Positions 9,392 to 19,125 of a stretch of DNA of 64,000 nt are shown piece by piece. The stretch is taken from positions 1 through 64,000 of the forward strand of contig JBDRPD010000054.1 in assembly GCA_043827405.1 (NCBI GenBank). Direction: 5' to 3'. The position numbers were made by a program, and so were the translations under genes. Within the stretch, counting starts at the first letter, position 1; every line of letters begins with the position of its first letter. The notes beneath the pieces are model-generated. The model was given only the letters and a program-made list of their open reading frames with translations, had not been told where the DNA came from and did no database searches. Origin of the DNA: Elusimicrobiota bacterium. Lineage in GTDB: Bacteria; Elusimicrobiota; Elusimicrobia; UBA1565.

Positions 9392-9799
9392 ATGACGAGC
9401 CGGATTCTGGTAGTTGACGATGACGAAAGGCAGCTGCGCAGTTTCTCGCGGACGCTTTCGCTTCAGGAGGGCTGGGAGGTGTTTACCACCTCTACCGCCG
9501 ACAGCGCGCTCACCAAGACGGAAGAGCTGCGCCCTGACCTGGTTATTTTGGACTGCGATCTCGGGGGAGAGCGGCCGGAAAAAGATGGTTTCTGGGTGCT
9601 GCGTCAGCTGCGCAAGAACGCGCTTTTCAAGCGCTTGCCGGTGATCTTTCTAACCGGCGCCCGGGTGAGCGTCGAAGATCGGGTTGCCGGCCTGGACCTG
9701 ACGGCCGACGACTATATCTTGAAGTCAGCGGATCCCGAAGTGATCCAGATTCGCGTCCAGGCCGCCCTGGACAAGGATAGGGAGCAGTATCGCGCATGA
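9392..9799 (+). CDS. Single-domain response regulator (receiver only)
   Basis: ILVVDDD, PDLVILD (phospho-Asp), VIFLTG, DDYILK. RBS GGAGGAG before ATG 9392. Confidence 0.9.
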   Translation: MTSRILVVDDDERQLRSFSRTLSLQEGWEVFTTSTADSALTKTEELRPDLVILDCDLGGERPEKDGFWVLRQLRKNALFKRLPVIFLTGARVSVEDRVAGLDLTADDYILKSADPEVIQIRVQAALDKDREQYRA

Positions 9800-12700
9800 G
9801 CCGACGCTCCGGCCGGCGGGAAGCGGGAAGGAAGAGCGCTGCGGGTATCGCGGCGCTTTTCCTGATTCTCGCTTTCGGCGGCCGGAGCGGACATGCCCAG
9901 CAGGCAACGCAGACCAACGCACCCAGTCACTCCGAGTTCGCGCTCAACGAGGTGGAACTGGCGGCGCAGGTAATCCGTACCGACAATCTCAGCGGCGTGC
10001 CGGGCCTCACGGTGACCTTTTTCTTCAACGGGTCATCGCAGACGGCGGTCACCGACGCCAACGGCGACGCCACCACGACCTATGCCATGATCTCGGCCTC
10101 CGGCTCCTACGTCTACGGCGCCGCCTGGCTCGGTGACGGCAGCTTCGCGGCCAGCTATTCCACGCGGCCGGTCACCATCAACAAGCGCCCGACCAATATG
10201 GTGCCGTTCGGCTCGGCGGGCTTCGCGCTGGAAAACGTGGAGCCGACCGCCCGTCTGATCGACGGCCTGACCGGCCTCGGCGTGCAGGGGAAGTCGGTGG
10301 ACCTCTGGTTCAACGGCTCGACCCAGACGGCGACCACCGACAGCCAGGGCGACGCGACCAAAAGCTTCTCGGCGCCGGCGACCGCCAGCACCATGCCCTT
10401 TACCGCCACCTTCATCGCGGACGCAATCTATGCCGGCAACAATACGGCCGGGACCGTGACGGTTCAGCGGCGTCCGACGACGCTGTTTCCCGACAACGTC
10501 GACGTCTCCATCAACGCGGACTTCGAGGTGCAGGCGCGGCTCAAGGATACGCGTTCGGGCGGCAACCTCGAGGGCAAGACCATCGATTTCGAGTTCGCAG
10601 GGACGGAGAAGTCGGCGCTGACCAACTCCGTAGGCATCGCCACCGTCACCTATACCGCGCCGGCGGCCACGGGAACCTACACCTATACGGTCGACTTCAG
10701 CAGCGACGCGACCTATGAGGCCTTCTCCGAGACGGGGACGGTGATCGTAGATCTGATAAATACTCTGGTCGTGCCGGTGGACGTGGCGGTGATCTCATCG
10801 GCCAACTTCCTGGCCCGGGCGCAGCTGATCAATACCGACAGCTCGCTCGGCATTCAGGGCAAGACCCTGAAGTTCACCTTCAACGGCTCGACGCTGACCA
10901 ACGTCACCGACTCCTTCGGTATCGCCGGGGTGACCTTCAAGGCCGATATTCTGCCCAGCACCGCGCCTTTTGTGGCGGCCTTCACCGGCGATACGGAGTT
11001 CAAGGCCGGGACCGGGACCGGTACGGTCACCATCAATCAACGGCCGGTGGACGTAACGGCGATCGACGCGAGCGGAATAACCCCCTCTACTTTGTTTATC
11101 GCCTCGGCCACTTTGGCCGATCAGACGACGGGCGGTCCGATCTCGAGCCATACCCTGTCGTTTCTGTTTCAGGGCACCACCGTTTACGGTACTACCAATG
11201 ACGTCGGCCTGGCGACCGCCGCTTTCACCGCGCCCGCCGAGATCGGTCTGTTTAATTTCTACGTGCGCTTTTCCTCGACCATCCTCTACTCGCAGGACAA
11301 CGATACCGGGACGGCCAATGTCCAGAAGATCAATACTCTGCTCTCGGCCGACGACGTCGTGGTTCCGGCCGACACGCTGTTCACCGCCACCGCGACTTTG
11401 ACCGAGGCGGGCAGCGGCGACCCGATCGCCGGCAAGACCGTGACCTTCACCTTCCAGGGACATGTTCAGACCGGGGTTACCGATGCGTTCGGCCAAGCCA
11501 CGACGACCTATATCGCGCCGTCGATCCTGCAGACCTATCCGCTGTCGGTTTCCTTTGCCGGGGACATCACCTACTTCAGCGACAATGACGCGGCCATCGT
11601 TAATGTAATCAAGCGGGAGGTCATGCTGACGCCGGATGAGGTGACGGTGCGCATCGATGAGACGTTTATCGCCACCGCCACCCTCGTCGACGGCTTCGAC
11701 GGCAGCCCGGTGGACGGCGAAAGCATCGAATTCGTCTACGCAGGGAGCACTTTGACCGCGGTCACCGGCGAGTTCGGCGTGCCGGGCGTGGCCACCGTGA
11801 CTTTCTCGGCCCCTTCATCCTCGGCCACTTTGGAGTACACCGTCGAGTTCTTCGTCAACGGCCTATATGAAGGCAAGAAAGAGACCGGCACGGTCAACGT
11901 CATCCTGCCGCCGACCGAGCTGGCGGTCGACGAGGTCAACGTCTTCGCGCTCGGCGTCATCTATGCGACGGCGACCTTGACCGTGGTGGATACGGGCGCT
12001 CCGCTGTCGGGCCGTACGGTGCGGCTTATTTTCGCGGGCTCCACCGTCACCCGCACATCCAACGGCTCGGGCGTGTCGTCGACTACCTTCGCCGCGCCTA
12101 CCACCACCGGAACCTATACGCTGTGGGCGGAGTGGGACGGCGAGACCGACGTCTACGGCGCGACGATCGGTTCAGCCGCGGTGAACGTCCTGGAGCGGCC
12201 GGCGGTCCTTGGGGTTTCCAGCGAAACGGTCACCGTCTCCGCGCTGTTTACGGCTTCGGCGACCTTCACCGACGATCAGAGCAACCCCGTCCTGGGCGCC
12301 ACGGTCTACTTCCTGCTTGACGGCTCGACGCAGACGGCGCTGACCGACGCCCTGGGTTTGGCAGCCACGGACTTCTACGCGCCGGCGTCATCCGGCACCT
12401 ACGAACTGCAGGGTACCTTCGAGTCCAGCGGGACCTATGCGGGCCGGGTATCGTCCGCCGCGCTGACGGTGCTGCCGCGCGCCATGACGCTCTCCGCCGA
12501 TGCGGCCGCGGCCGTCGTCAACGAGGTATTTACCGCCAGCGCTACCCTCACCGTCGGCGGCTCGCCGCTGGAGGGGGTAACGATTCGCTTCGTCTTCAAC
12601 GGCGCCAGTCATACCGCGGTCACCGACGCTCTGGGCGAGGCCACGACCGATTATGCCAGCCCGGCATCGTCGGGCACTTTCGTTCTCGAAACATTCTTTG

Positions 12701-15700
12701 ACGAGACCCCGGTCTACGGCTTCGCGCAGGACACCGCGGATATTACCGTGGCGCCGCGCGCCACCGCGCTCGACGCCGAACCCGGCGCGGTGGTGATCAA
12801 TGAGTTGTTCACCGCTACGGCGACCTTGACCGATTTCGCGGGCCCCGTGGCAGGCCTGACCGTGCGCTTCGTCTTCGCCGGCGCGACCCAGACGGCGGTT
12901 ACCGATGCCCTGGGCGTGGCGACGACGGACTACGCCACGCCGGCGTCCACCGGCACCTTCAATCTGGAGGCCTACTTCGACGCCGATGCCGTCTATGCCG
13001 GCGCCGGCGAGGTGGAGGCGGTTTCGGTGCTGCAGCGGCCGACCGATCTGGCGCTCGATACCGTGACCGTGCGCATCAACCAGGTCTTTATTGCCACCGC
13101 GACCTTGACCGACTTGTACGCCGAGGACGCCGGGATCGCCGACAAGACGATCGATTTCCTGTTCGCGGGTACGCCGAAGTCGGCGCTGACCAGCGGCGTC
13201 GGTCTGGCTTCGGTGACCTATACCGCGCCGGCCTCCTCCGGCCCGTTTTCGCTGCAGGCAACCTACGACGAGGAGGTGATTTACGCGGCCTCTTCGAGCG
13301 TCATCTTGGTGCAGGTGCTCGGCGATGCCGCCGAGCTCTCCGCTCCGGCCGAGAGCCGCGAGATCAACAAGGTGTTCACCGCTTCCGCGACTTTGACCAG
13401 CGGCGGCTCGCCCGTCGATGCTCATACCCTGCGTTTCGTCTTTAACGGCGCGACCCATACGGCGACGACCGACGCTCTCGGCCTGGCTACCTCCGACTAC
13501 GCCATGCCGGCCGCTTCGGGGACCTATATCCTGGAGATCTACTTCGACGGCACGCCGGTTCTCGACGTCTCCTACTCGACCGCGGAGATCGCCGCCCAGC
13601 CGATTCCGGCCGTGCTCTCCGGCGAGAGCGATACCGTCAACGCGCTGGAGGACTTCAAGGCCACCGCGACGCTGACCGGCACCTACGGCCTGGTGCAAGG
13701 CGAGACGGTGCGCTTCGTGCTCAACGGCGCCACCCAGTACGCCGAGACCAACAGCGCCGGCGCAGCCACCGCGACCTACAAGGCGCCCGCCGCCTCGGGG
13801 ACGCATATGCTGGAGTTCTACTACGACGGCAGCCCGGAGTACGACGTCTACGTCACCACCGAGGAGCTGACCGTTCTGCAGCAGGCGACGACTTTGGACG
13901 TCAAAGCCGATACGGTCGCCGTCAATACGCTGCTGATCGCCACCGCGACCTTGAGCCATTCGACCGGGGTGCTGGCCGGCATGCCGATCGAGATAACTTT
14001 CGAGGGCGAGACGCATACCGTCTACACCAACGCTCTCGGCGAGGCCACCACGGGCTTTACCGCTCCGCTCACCTCGGGTACCTATAATATCAGCGCGCAG
14101 TACAACGAGACCGCGACCTACGTGGCCTCCAGTTCCGATACGGACGTCGACATCATGCAGCGCGTGCCGTATCTCGCGATCACCCCGGCGACGGCCATGG
14201 TCGACGGGGTGTTTACGGCCAGCGCCACGCTTACCGACTTCGCGGGCGGGGTGGCCGGCAAGACTATACGCTTCGTCTTCAACGGCGCCAGCCATACCGC
14301 GGTCACCGACGGGCTGGGCCTGGCCACCACCGACTACGCCGTGCCCGAGACCTCGGGGACCTACCGCATCGAGGCCTACTTCGACGAGGACGCCGGCTAC
14401 GAGTTCGCCGGCACGACCGACGCGCTGACGGCGCTGCCGATCCCGGCCGTGCTCTCGGGCCCGAGCATCTCGATCGGCCTCAGCGAAATCTTTACCGCCA
14501 CCGCGACGCTGACGTCGAGCACCGGGCCGCTCACCGGACACGCCATCCGCTTCCTCTTTGCGGTCGCGATCCAGACCGACACCACCGACGGGCTCGGCGA
14601 GGCGACGACCACCTTCTTCTCGCCGTCGTCCTCCGGCACCTATCAAGTGAATTTCGAGTATGACGGGACGCCGCGTTTCGCCGCCATCACCTCCACCGCC
14701 GAGGTCATCGTCCTGCCCGACGCGACGTCTCTGACCGCGCCGGCCACGGCGGCTCTGGCCCTGGAGTCCTTCATCGCCAGCGCGACTTTGACCAGCGGCG
14801 CGAACCCGCTGGCCGGCGAGACCCTGCGCTTCTCGATGGAGGGGACCACGCTGACGGCGGTGGCGGTAACCGACGCGGTCGGCGTAGGCGCGACGATCTT
14901 CCCCGCGCCGGCGTCTTCCGGCACCTATAAGCTGGTGATCGAATACGACGGCAGCGGCATCTACGGCGTGGCCGCCAGCACCGCGGAAGTGGTGATCTCA
15001 TCGCGCATCACCTCCGTCTTCACCTCCTCCGATACGACGCTGACCCTGGACATCTTCACCGCCGCCGCTGCCTTGAGCGACAAGGCCGGCGCGGTCGCAG
15101 GCCAGACCATCCGCTTCGTCTTCGCCGGCGCCACCCAGACGGCGGTCACCGACGCGCTCGGCGTCGCGACGACCGACTATGCCGCGCCGGCGGCCTCGGG
15201 TACCTACCAGCTCGACGTCTTCATGGACGCCACGTCGACCTATGACCTGTCCTACGCCTCCGAGACCATTAAGGTCGACGGGCGCTTTACGGATGTCGTG
15301 CCCAGCAGCGCGGCGACCTTGGTCAGCGCTGTGTTCACCGCCAGCGCTACGCTGACCGATCCGCTGGGCGCGGTCGTCGGCAAGACCGTCTCCTTCCACT
15401 TCAACGGCAGCACGCAGACGGGCATTACCGATGCCCTCGGCCTGGCCACCACCGATTTCGCCTCGCCCGTATCTTCCGGCACCTATCTATTGGAGGTCAC
15501 CTTCAGCACCAGCCCGACCTATATCGGCGCCTCGTCCTGGACCTACGTGGACGCCGCGCCGCGGCCGACGGGGCTGGCGGCGGAGGCCGTACTGATCAAT
15601 ATCAACGAGGTCTATACGGCGACGGCGACGCTGACCCATTCGACCGGCACGCTGGCGGGGCATACGGTGCGCTTCGTGGTCGACGGCACGAGCCAGACGG

Positions 15701-18700
15701 CGGTGACCGACGCTTTGGGCGTCGCCGCCACGGACTACACGGCGCCGGACTCCACGGGCACGCTGGTCCTGGAGATCTACTTCGACGAAACGCCGCACTA
15801 CGGCTTCTCGCAGGCGACCGAGACCATCGTCGTCGTCGGGCGTCCGACCGAGGTTTCCGGGCCGGCGGCCGCCGTCGAGGTGGGCCGGATCTTCACCGCT
15901 TCGGCGACGCTAGTCGACGTCAGTACCGGGCCGCTGGAGGGGCATACGGTGCGCTTCGTCTTCAACGGCGCCACGCATACCGCGGTCACCGACGTTCTCG
16001 GCGAGGCCACCACGGACTATGCCTCGCCGGCGTCTTCCGGCACGTATACGCTGGACATCTACTTCGACGGCACCCAGTACCATGCCCCGAGCGTCTCCAC
16101 CGCCGAGGTGACGGTCACCCCGATCCCGACCAGCCTGGCCTTCGAAGTCCCGGTCGCCTCCGCGGCGGCGGTGTTTACGGCTTCCTCGACCTTGTCGCAG
16201 TACGGCACCCCGATCGCCGGCGAGACCGTTCGCTTCGTCCTCGTCAGCACCACGCATACCGATACCACCGACGGGCTGGGCCGCGCCACCACGGACTATA
16301 CGGCGCCGGCGGCTTCGGGGACCTATCCCATCGGCGCCTACTTCGACGGCACCAGCGCGCTCGCCGAGTCGAGCGCCACCTTGACGCTGACGGTCCTGCA
16401 GCGCGAGTCGTATATCGCGGTTGAAGCGGTCGCCGCGACCGCCAGCGTGGTATTTAAGGCCACCGCGACCTTGAGCGATATGGACGGCCCGGTCGCCGGG
16501 AAGACCCTCTCCTTCTTCCACCGGGGCAGCACCGAGACGGCGGTCACCGACATCCTGGGCGTGGCAACGGTCTCGTTCACCGCTTCCGCCTCCTCGGGGA
16601 CTTTTCCGCTAAGCCTGACTTTGGACGAGGATGCGGCCTATGTATTGACTACCGCATCGGCCGCGGTGACCGTCGCGCCCCGCCCGACCTCGATCGCTGT
16701 GGACTCGGCGACGGTCGCCGCGCTTGATCTTTTCATCGCGACCGCGACCTTGACCGATATCGACGGCGCGGTCGCCGGCGAGACCATGCAATTTGTTCTC
16801 AACGGCATCACGCAGACGGGCGTCACCGACGCCCTGGGCGTCGCGACCACCGGCTTCTACGCTCCGGTTTCGTCCGGTACCTATGCCATCGACGTCACGA
16901 TCGCCGAGACTCCGGCTTATGCGGCGGCTGCCGCCTCGGCCGCTGCCGTCGTAGTGCAGCGCGCCATCCAGATTCGCGGCACCAATATCACGGTGGAGGA
17001 GCTGACGCCCTTTATCGCGGTAGGCAACCTGTTCGACAAGGCTACCGGAGCGCCGCTCGTGAACAAGGATATCGAGTTCTTCTTTGAGCCGGCCGGTTCC
17101 TCGACCGATACTCAGCCGACCAACTCCCTGGGCCGGGCCACCGCGACCTACAGCTCACCTGGCACCGTGGGCAGTTACTTCTACAATGTAACCTTCCTCG
17201 GCGACGCCACCTACGAGACCGGAAACTCTACCGCCATCGTCTTCGTCGGCGAGGCCACCAACCTGCTGGCGCAGGATGTGGACGCGGTGGTTAACAGCAG
17301 CGTTACCGTGATGGCGACTCTGCGTGACGGCTTCGCACAAGCGGTTGTCGGAGAGCAGATTACTTTTACTTTTCAGGGCTCATCGATCACCTCGGTAACC
17401 GACGCCGAGGGTATCGCGCGCGCCACCTTCACCACGCCCGGGACAGGGGGAGACTTTGCCTACCTGGCGGAGTTCGCCGGCAACGGGACCCTCTCGCCGG
17501 CGTCCGACGAGGCCACGGTTCATGTCTCACTGAATATTAGCCTGCTGGCGGCGTTCGACGCTACGGCCATCCAAAACCGGGCATTCCAAGCCAAGGCCAA
17601 GCTGATCGACGTCAGCGACGGCGACGGCATCGCCGGCAAGTCCATAGACTTCCTATTTGGAGGAACGCCCTTGTCCGGTGTTACGGGAAGCGACGGCGTC
17701 GCCGCCGTAACCTTCTCCGCTCCCAACAGCACGGGGACTTATACCTTTACCGCCGACTTCGCGGGCGACGCGACCTACTCCGGCAGCGATTCGACCGGCA
17801 CCATCACCGTGCTCGAGGCCAGCGGCGAAGCCGGCGCCAATCCCACCAAGATTAATGCGCTGAAGATCACGGCGCGAGCGGAAACCGTGTTCGCCGCGCG
17901 GGCGACCTTGATCGACCTAAATGTAAATGCCGGACTTTCCGGCAAGCCGCTGTTGTTTATCTTCGGCTCATCCAGTACGCTGACGACGACGAATTCGGCC
18001 GGAGTCGCCCAGGCGACTTTTACCGCGCCGTCATCCTCGGGCGCCTTGGTCTATACCGTTCAGTTCGCCGGCGACGGTCAGTTCTCCTCAAGCCAGGCCA
18101 CCCAGACCGTGGCGGTCGGCCTGCTCGCCCCCCGCGATCCCGCCGGTCTGCAGGCCGCGGTTCTCTCGGCGACGCAGATGCGGCTGACCTGGCAGCCTGT
18201 GACCGCGGCGGAAAGCGGCGAAGACATGACGGCGCTGGTCGCCGAATACTGGGTAGAAAAGGCCGTGGATCCGGCCGGCAGCTGGACCTCGACGGCGGTG
18301 GTCTCGACCACTTCGGCGCTGGCCTTCACCGCCGACATCGAGGCCGCCGCGGTCTATTATCGGGTGCGGACTCTTAGCACGCAGGGAGAGTCCAGCCGAG
18401 GCCTGGCCATAGCCGAGGTGTCGGCCGCGCCGCAGGCCGTCTTTATGGCGCCGGATAATGAAGCCTGGGTCGCGCTTCCCGAAGGCGCGCGCGCCTTGAT
18501 CGCGAGCAAGTACGGCGCGGGAGCCGGTGTCCAGGTGAGCTCGGAAGCGCCGGGCGGCTTCCTCAGCATCTACAACTATCAGCTGGTGCGCGACGGTGAG
18601 ACGCTGATCGACGCGGCCGCCGGCGAGGGCCGTTACGGCGCGCAGATCGTGCTCTCCTATGCCGGCCTCGGCAGCGGCGCCGCAATGCAGGCGGACCAGC

Positions 18701-19125
18701 GGCAGGTCGTCTACTGGCACAACGGGGTGGAGTGGGTCAAGCTGGGCGGCCAGAACGACGCCCTGCGCAGCCGCATCTCGGTGCGCTCCAACCGCCTGGG
18801 CCGCTTCGCTCTGGGCTACGGGACGCTGGCCTCCGACTTCTCGCTGACCAAGGTGGCGCCCCGCATCTTCACGCCGGGCGCCGCGGACATAACGATCAAC
18901 CGCGCGGTTTTCTATTTCGAAAACCCGGCGGACAACGATGTCACGATCCGCATATTCGATATCACCGGCGCCGTCGTCCGGAGGAACCTCCTGCGCGACG
19001 GCAGCAACATGATTTATTGGGACGGCAAGGACTCCGGCGGGACGGAAGTCAAGGGCGGGGTGTACATCTACCAGATCGAGGGAGATGACGAGGTGCATAC
19101 GGGCACCGTCGTCGTGGCGAAATGA
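9796..19125 (+). CDS. Giant surface protein/adhesin: about 29 Big_1-like Ig repeats, an FN3-like domain and a C-terminal FlgD-Ig/T9SS-type sorting domain
   Basis: Signal peptide. Repeats of about 97 aa with consensus FTASATLT..AG.TVRFVFNG.T.TAVTDALG.ATTDY.AP..SGTY. MRLTWQPV...YYRVRT is FN3-like. C-terminus PRIFTPG...IRIFDITG...WDGKDSGG..VKGGVYIYQI...GTVVVAK. Confidence 0.9.
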   Translation: MSRRSGRREAGRKSAAGIAALFLILAFGGRSGHAQQATQTNAPSHSEFALNEVELAAQVIRTDNLSGVPGLTVTFFFNGSSQTAVTDANGDATTTYAMISASGSYVYGAAWLGDGSFAASYSTRPVTINKRPTNMVPFGSAGFALENVEPTARLIDGLTGLGVQGKSVDLWFNGSTQTATTDSQGDATKSFSAPATASTMPFTATFIADAIYAGNNTAGTVTVQRRPTTLFPDNVDVSINADFEVQARLKDTRSGGNLEGKTIDFEFAGTEKSALTNSVGIATVTYTAPAATGTYTYTVDFSSDATYEAFSETGTVIVDLINTLVVPVDVAVISSANFLARAQLINTDSSLGIQGKTLKFTFNGSTLTNVTDSFGIAGVTFKADILPSTAPFVAAFTGDTEFKAGTGTGTVTINQRPVDVTAIDASGITPSTLFIASATLADQTTGGPISSHTLSFLFQGTTVYGTTNDVGLATAAFTAPAEIGLFNFYVRFSSTILYSQDNDTGTANVQKINTLLSADDVVVPADTLFTATATLTEAGSGDPIAGKTVTFTFQGHVQTGVTDAFGQATTTYIAPSILQTYPLSVSFAGDITYFSDNDAAIVNVIKREVMLTPDEVTVRIDETFIATATLVDGFDGSPVDGESIEFVYAGSTLTAVTGEFGVPGVATVTFSAPSSSATLEYTVEFFVNGLYEGKKETGTVNVILPPTELAVDEVNVFALGVIYATATLTVVDTGAPLSGRTVRLIFAGSTVTRTSNGSGVSSTTFAAPTTTGTYTLWAEWDGETDVYGATIGSAAVNVLERPAVLGVSSETVTVSALFTASATFTDDQSNPVLGATVYFLLDGSTQTALTDALGLAATDFYAPASSGTYELQGTFESSGTYAGRVSSAALTVLPRAMTLSADAAAAVVNEVFTASATLTVGGSPLEGVTIRFVFNGASHTAVTDALGEATTDYASPASSGTFVLETFFDETPVYGFAQDTADITVAPRATALDAEPGAVVINELFTATATLTDFAGPVAGLTVRFVFAGATQTAVTDALGVATTDYATPASTGTFNLEAYFDADAVYAGAGEVEAVSVLQRPTDLALDTVTVRINQVFIATATLTDLYAEDAGIADKTIDFLFAGTPKSALTSGVGLASVTYTAPASSGPFSLQATYDEEVIYAASSSVILVQVLGDAAELSAPAESREINKVFTASATLTSGGSPVDAHTLRFVFNGATHTATTDALGLATSDYAMPAASGTYILEIYFDGTPVLDVSYSTAEIAAQPIPAVLSGESDTVNALEDFKATATLTGTYGLVQGETVRFVLNGATQYAETNSAGAATATYKAPAASGTHMLEFYYDGSPEYDVYVTTEELTVLQQATTLDVKADTVAVNTLLIATATLSHSTGVLAGMPIEITFEGETHTVYTNALGEATTGFTAPLTSGTYNISAQYNETATYVASSSDTDVDIMQRVPYLAITPATAMVDGVFTASATLTDFAGGVAGKTIRFVFNGASHTAVTDGLGLATTDYAVPETSGTYRIEAYFDEDAGYEFAGTTDALTALPIPAVLSGPSISIGLSEIFTATATLTSSTGPLTGHAIRFLFAVAIQTDTTDGLGEATTTFFSPSSSGTYQVNFEYDGTPRFAAITSTAEVIVLPDATSLTAPATAALALESFIASATLTSGANPLAGETLRFSMEGTTLTAVAVTDAVGVGATIFPAPASSGTYKLVIEYDGSGIYGVAASTAEVVISSRITSVFTSSDTTLTLDIFTAAAALSDKAGAVAGQTIRFVFAGATQTAVTDALGVATTDYAAPAASGTYQLDVFMDATSTYDLSYASETIKVDGRFTDVVPSSAATLVSAVFTASATLTDPLGAVVGKTVSFHFNGSTQTGITDALGLATTDFASPVSSGTYLLEVTFSTSPTYIGASSWTYVDAAPRPTGLAAEAVLININEVYTATATLTHSTGTLAGHTVRFVVDGTSQTAVTDALGVAATDYTAPDSTGTLVLEIYFDETPHYGFSQATETIVVVGRPTEVSGPAAAVEVGRIFTASATLVDVSTGPLEGHTVRFVFNGATHTAVTDVLGEATTDYASPASSGTYTLDIYFDGTQYHAPSVSTAEVTVTPIPTSLAFEVPVASAAAVFTASSTLSQYGTPIAGETVRFVLVSTTHTDTTDGLGRATTDYTAPAASGTYPIGAYFDGTSALAESSATLTLTVLQRESYIAVEAVAATASVVFKATATLSDMDGPVAGKTLSFFHRGSTETAVTDILGVATVSFTASASSGTFPLSLTLDEDAAYVLTTASAAVTVAPRPTSIAVDSATVAALDLFIATATLTDIDGAVAGETMQFVLNGITQTGVTDALGVATTGFYAPVSSGTYAIDVTIAETPAYAAAAASAAAVVVQRAIQIRGTNITVEELTPFIAVGNLFDKATGAPLVNKDIEFFFEPAGSSTDTQPTNSLGRATATYSSPGTVGSYFYNVTFLGDATYETGNSTAIVFVGEATNLLAQDVDAVVNSSVTVMATLRDGFAQAVVGEQITFTFQGSSITSVTDAEGIARATFTTPGTGGDFAYLAEFAGNGTLSPASDEATVHVSLNISLLAAFDATAIQNRAFQAKAKLIDVSDGDGIAGKSIDFLFGGTPLSGVTGSDGVAAVTFSAPNSTGTYTFTADFAGDATYSGSDSTGTITVLEASGEAGANPTKINALKITARAETVFAARATLIDLNVNAGLSGKPLLFIFGSSSTLTTTNSAGVAQATFTAPSSSGALVYTVQFAGDGQFSSSQATQTVAVGLLAPRDPAGLQAAVLSATQMRLTWQPVTAAESGEDMTALVAEYWVEKAVDPAGSWTSTAVVSTTSALAFTADIEAAAVYYRVRTLSTQGESSRGLAIAEVSAAPQAVFMAPDNEAWVALPEGARALIASKYGAGAGVQVSSEAPGGFLSIYNYQLVRDGETLIDAAAGEGRYGAQIVLSYAGLGSGAAMQADQRQVVYWHNGVEWVKLGGQNDALRSRISVRSNRLGRFALGYGTLASDFSLTKVAPRIFTPGAADITINRAVFYFENPADNDVTIRIFDITGAVVRRNLLRDGSNMIYWDGKDSGGTEVKGGVYIYQIEGDDEVHTGTVVVAK

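Noticed and set aside
12388..14646. 752-aa minus-strand ORF and similar antisense ORFs across the adhesin
   Set aside because: Shadow ORFs caused by high GC and codon bias, with Arg/Gly-rich composition and no motifs.
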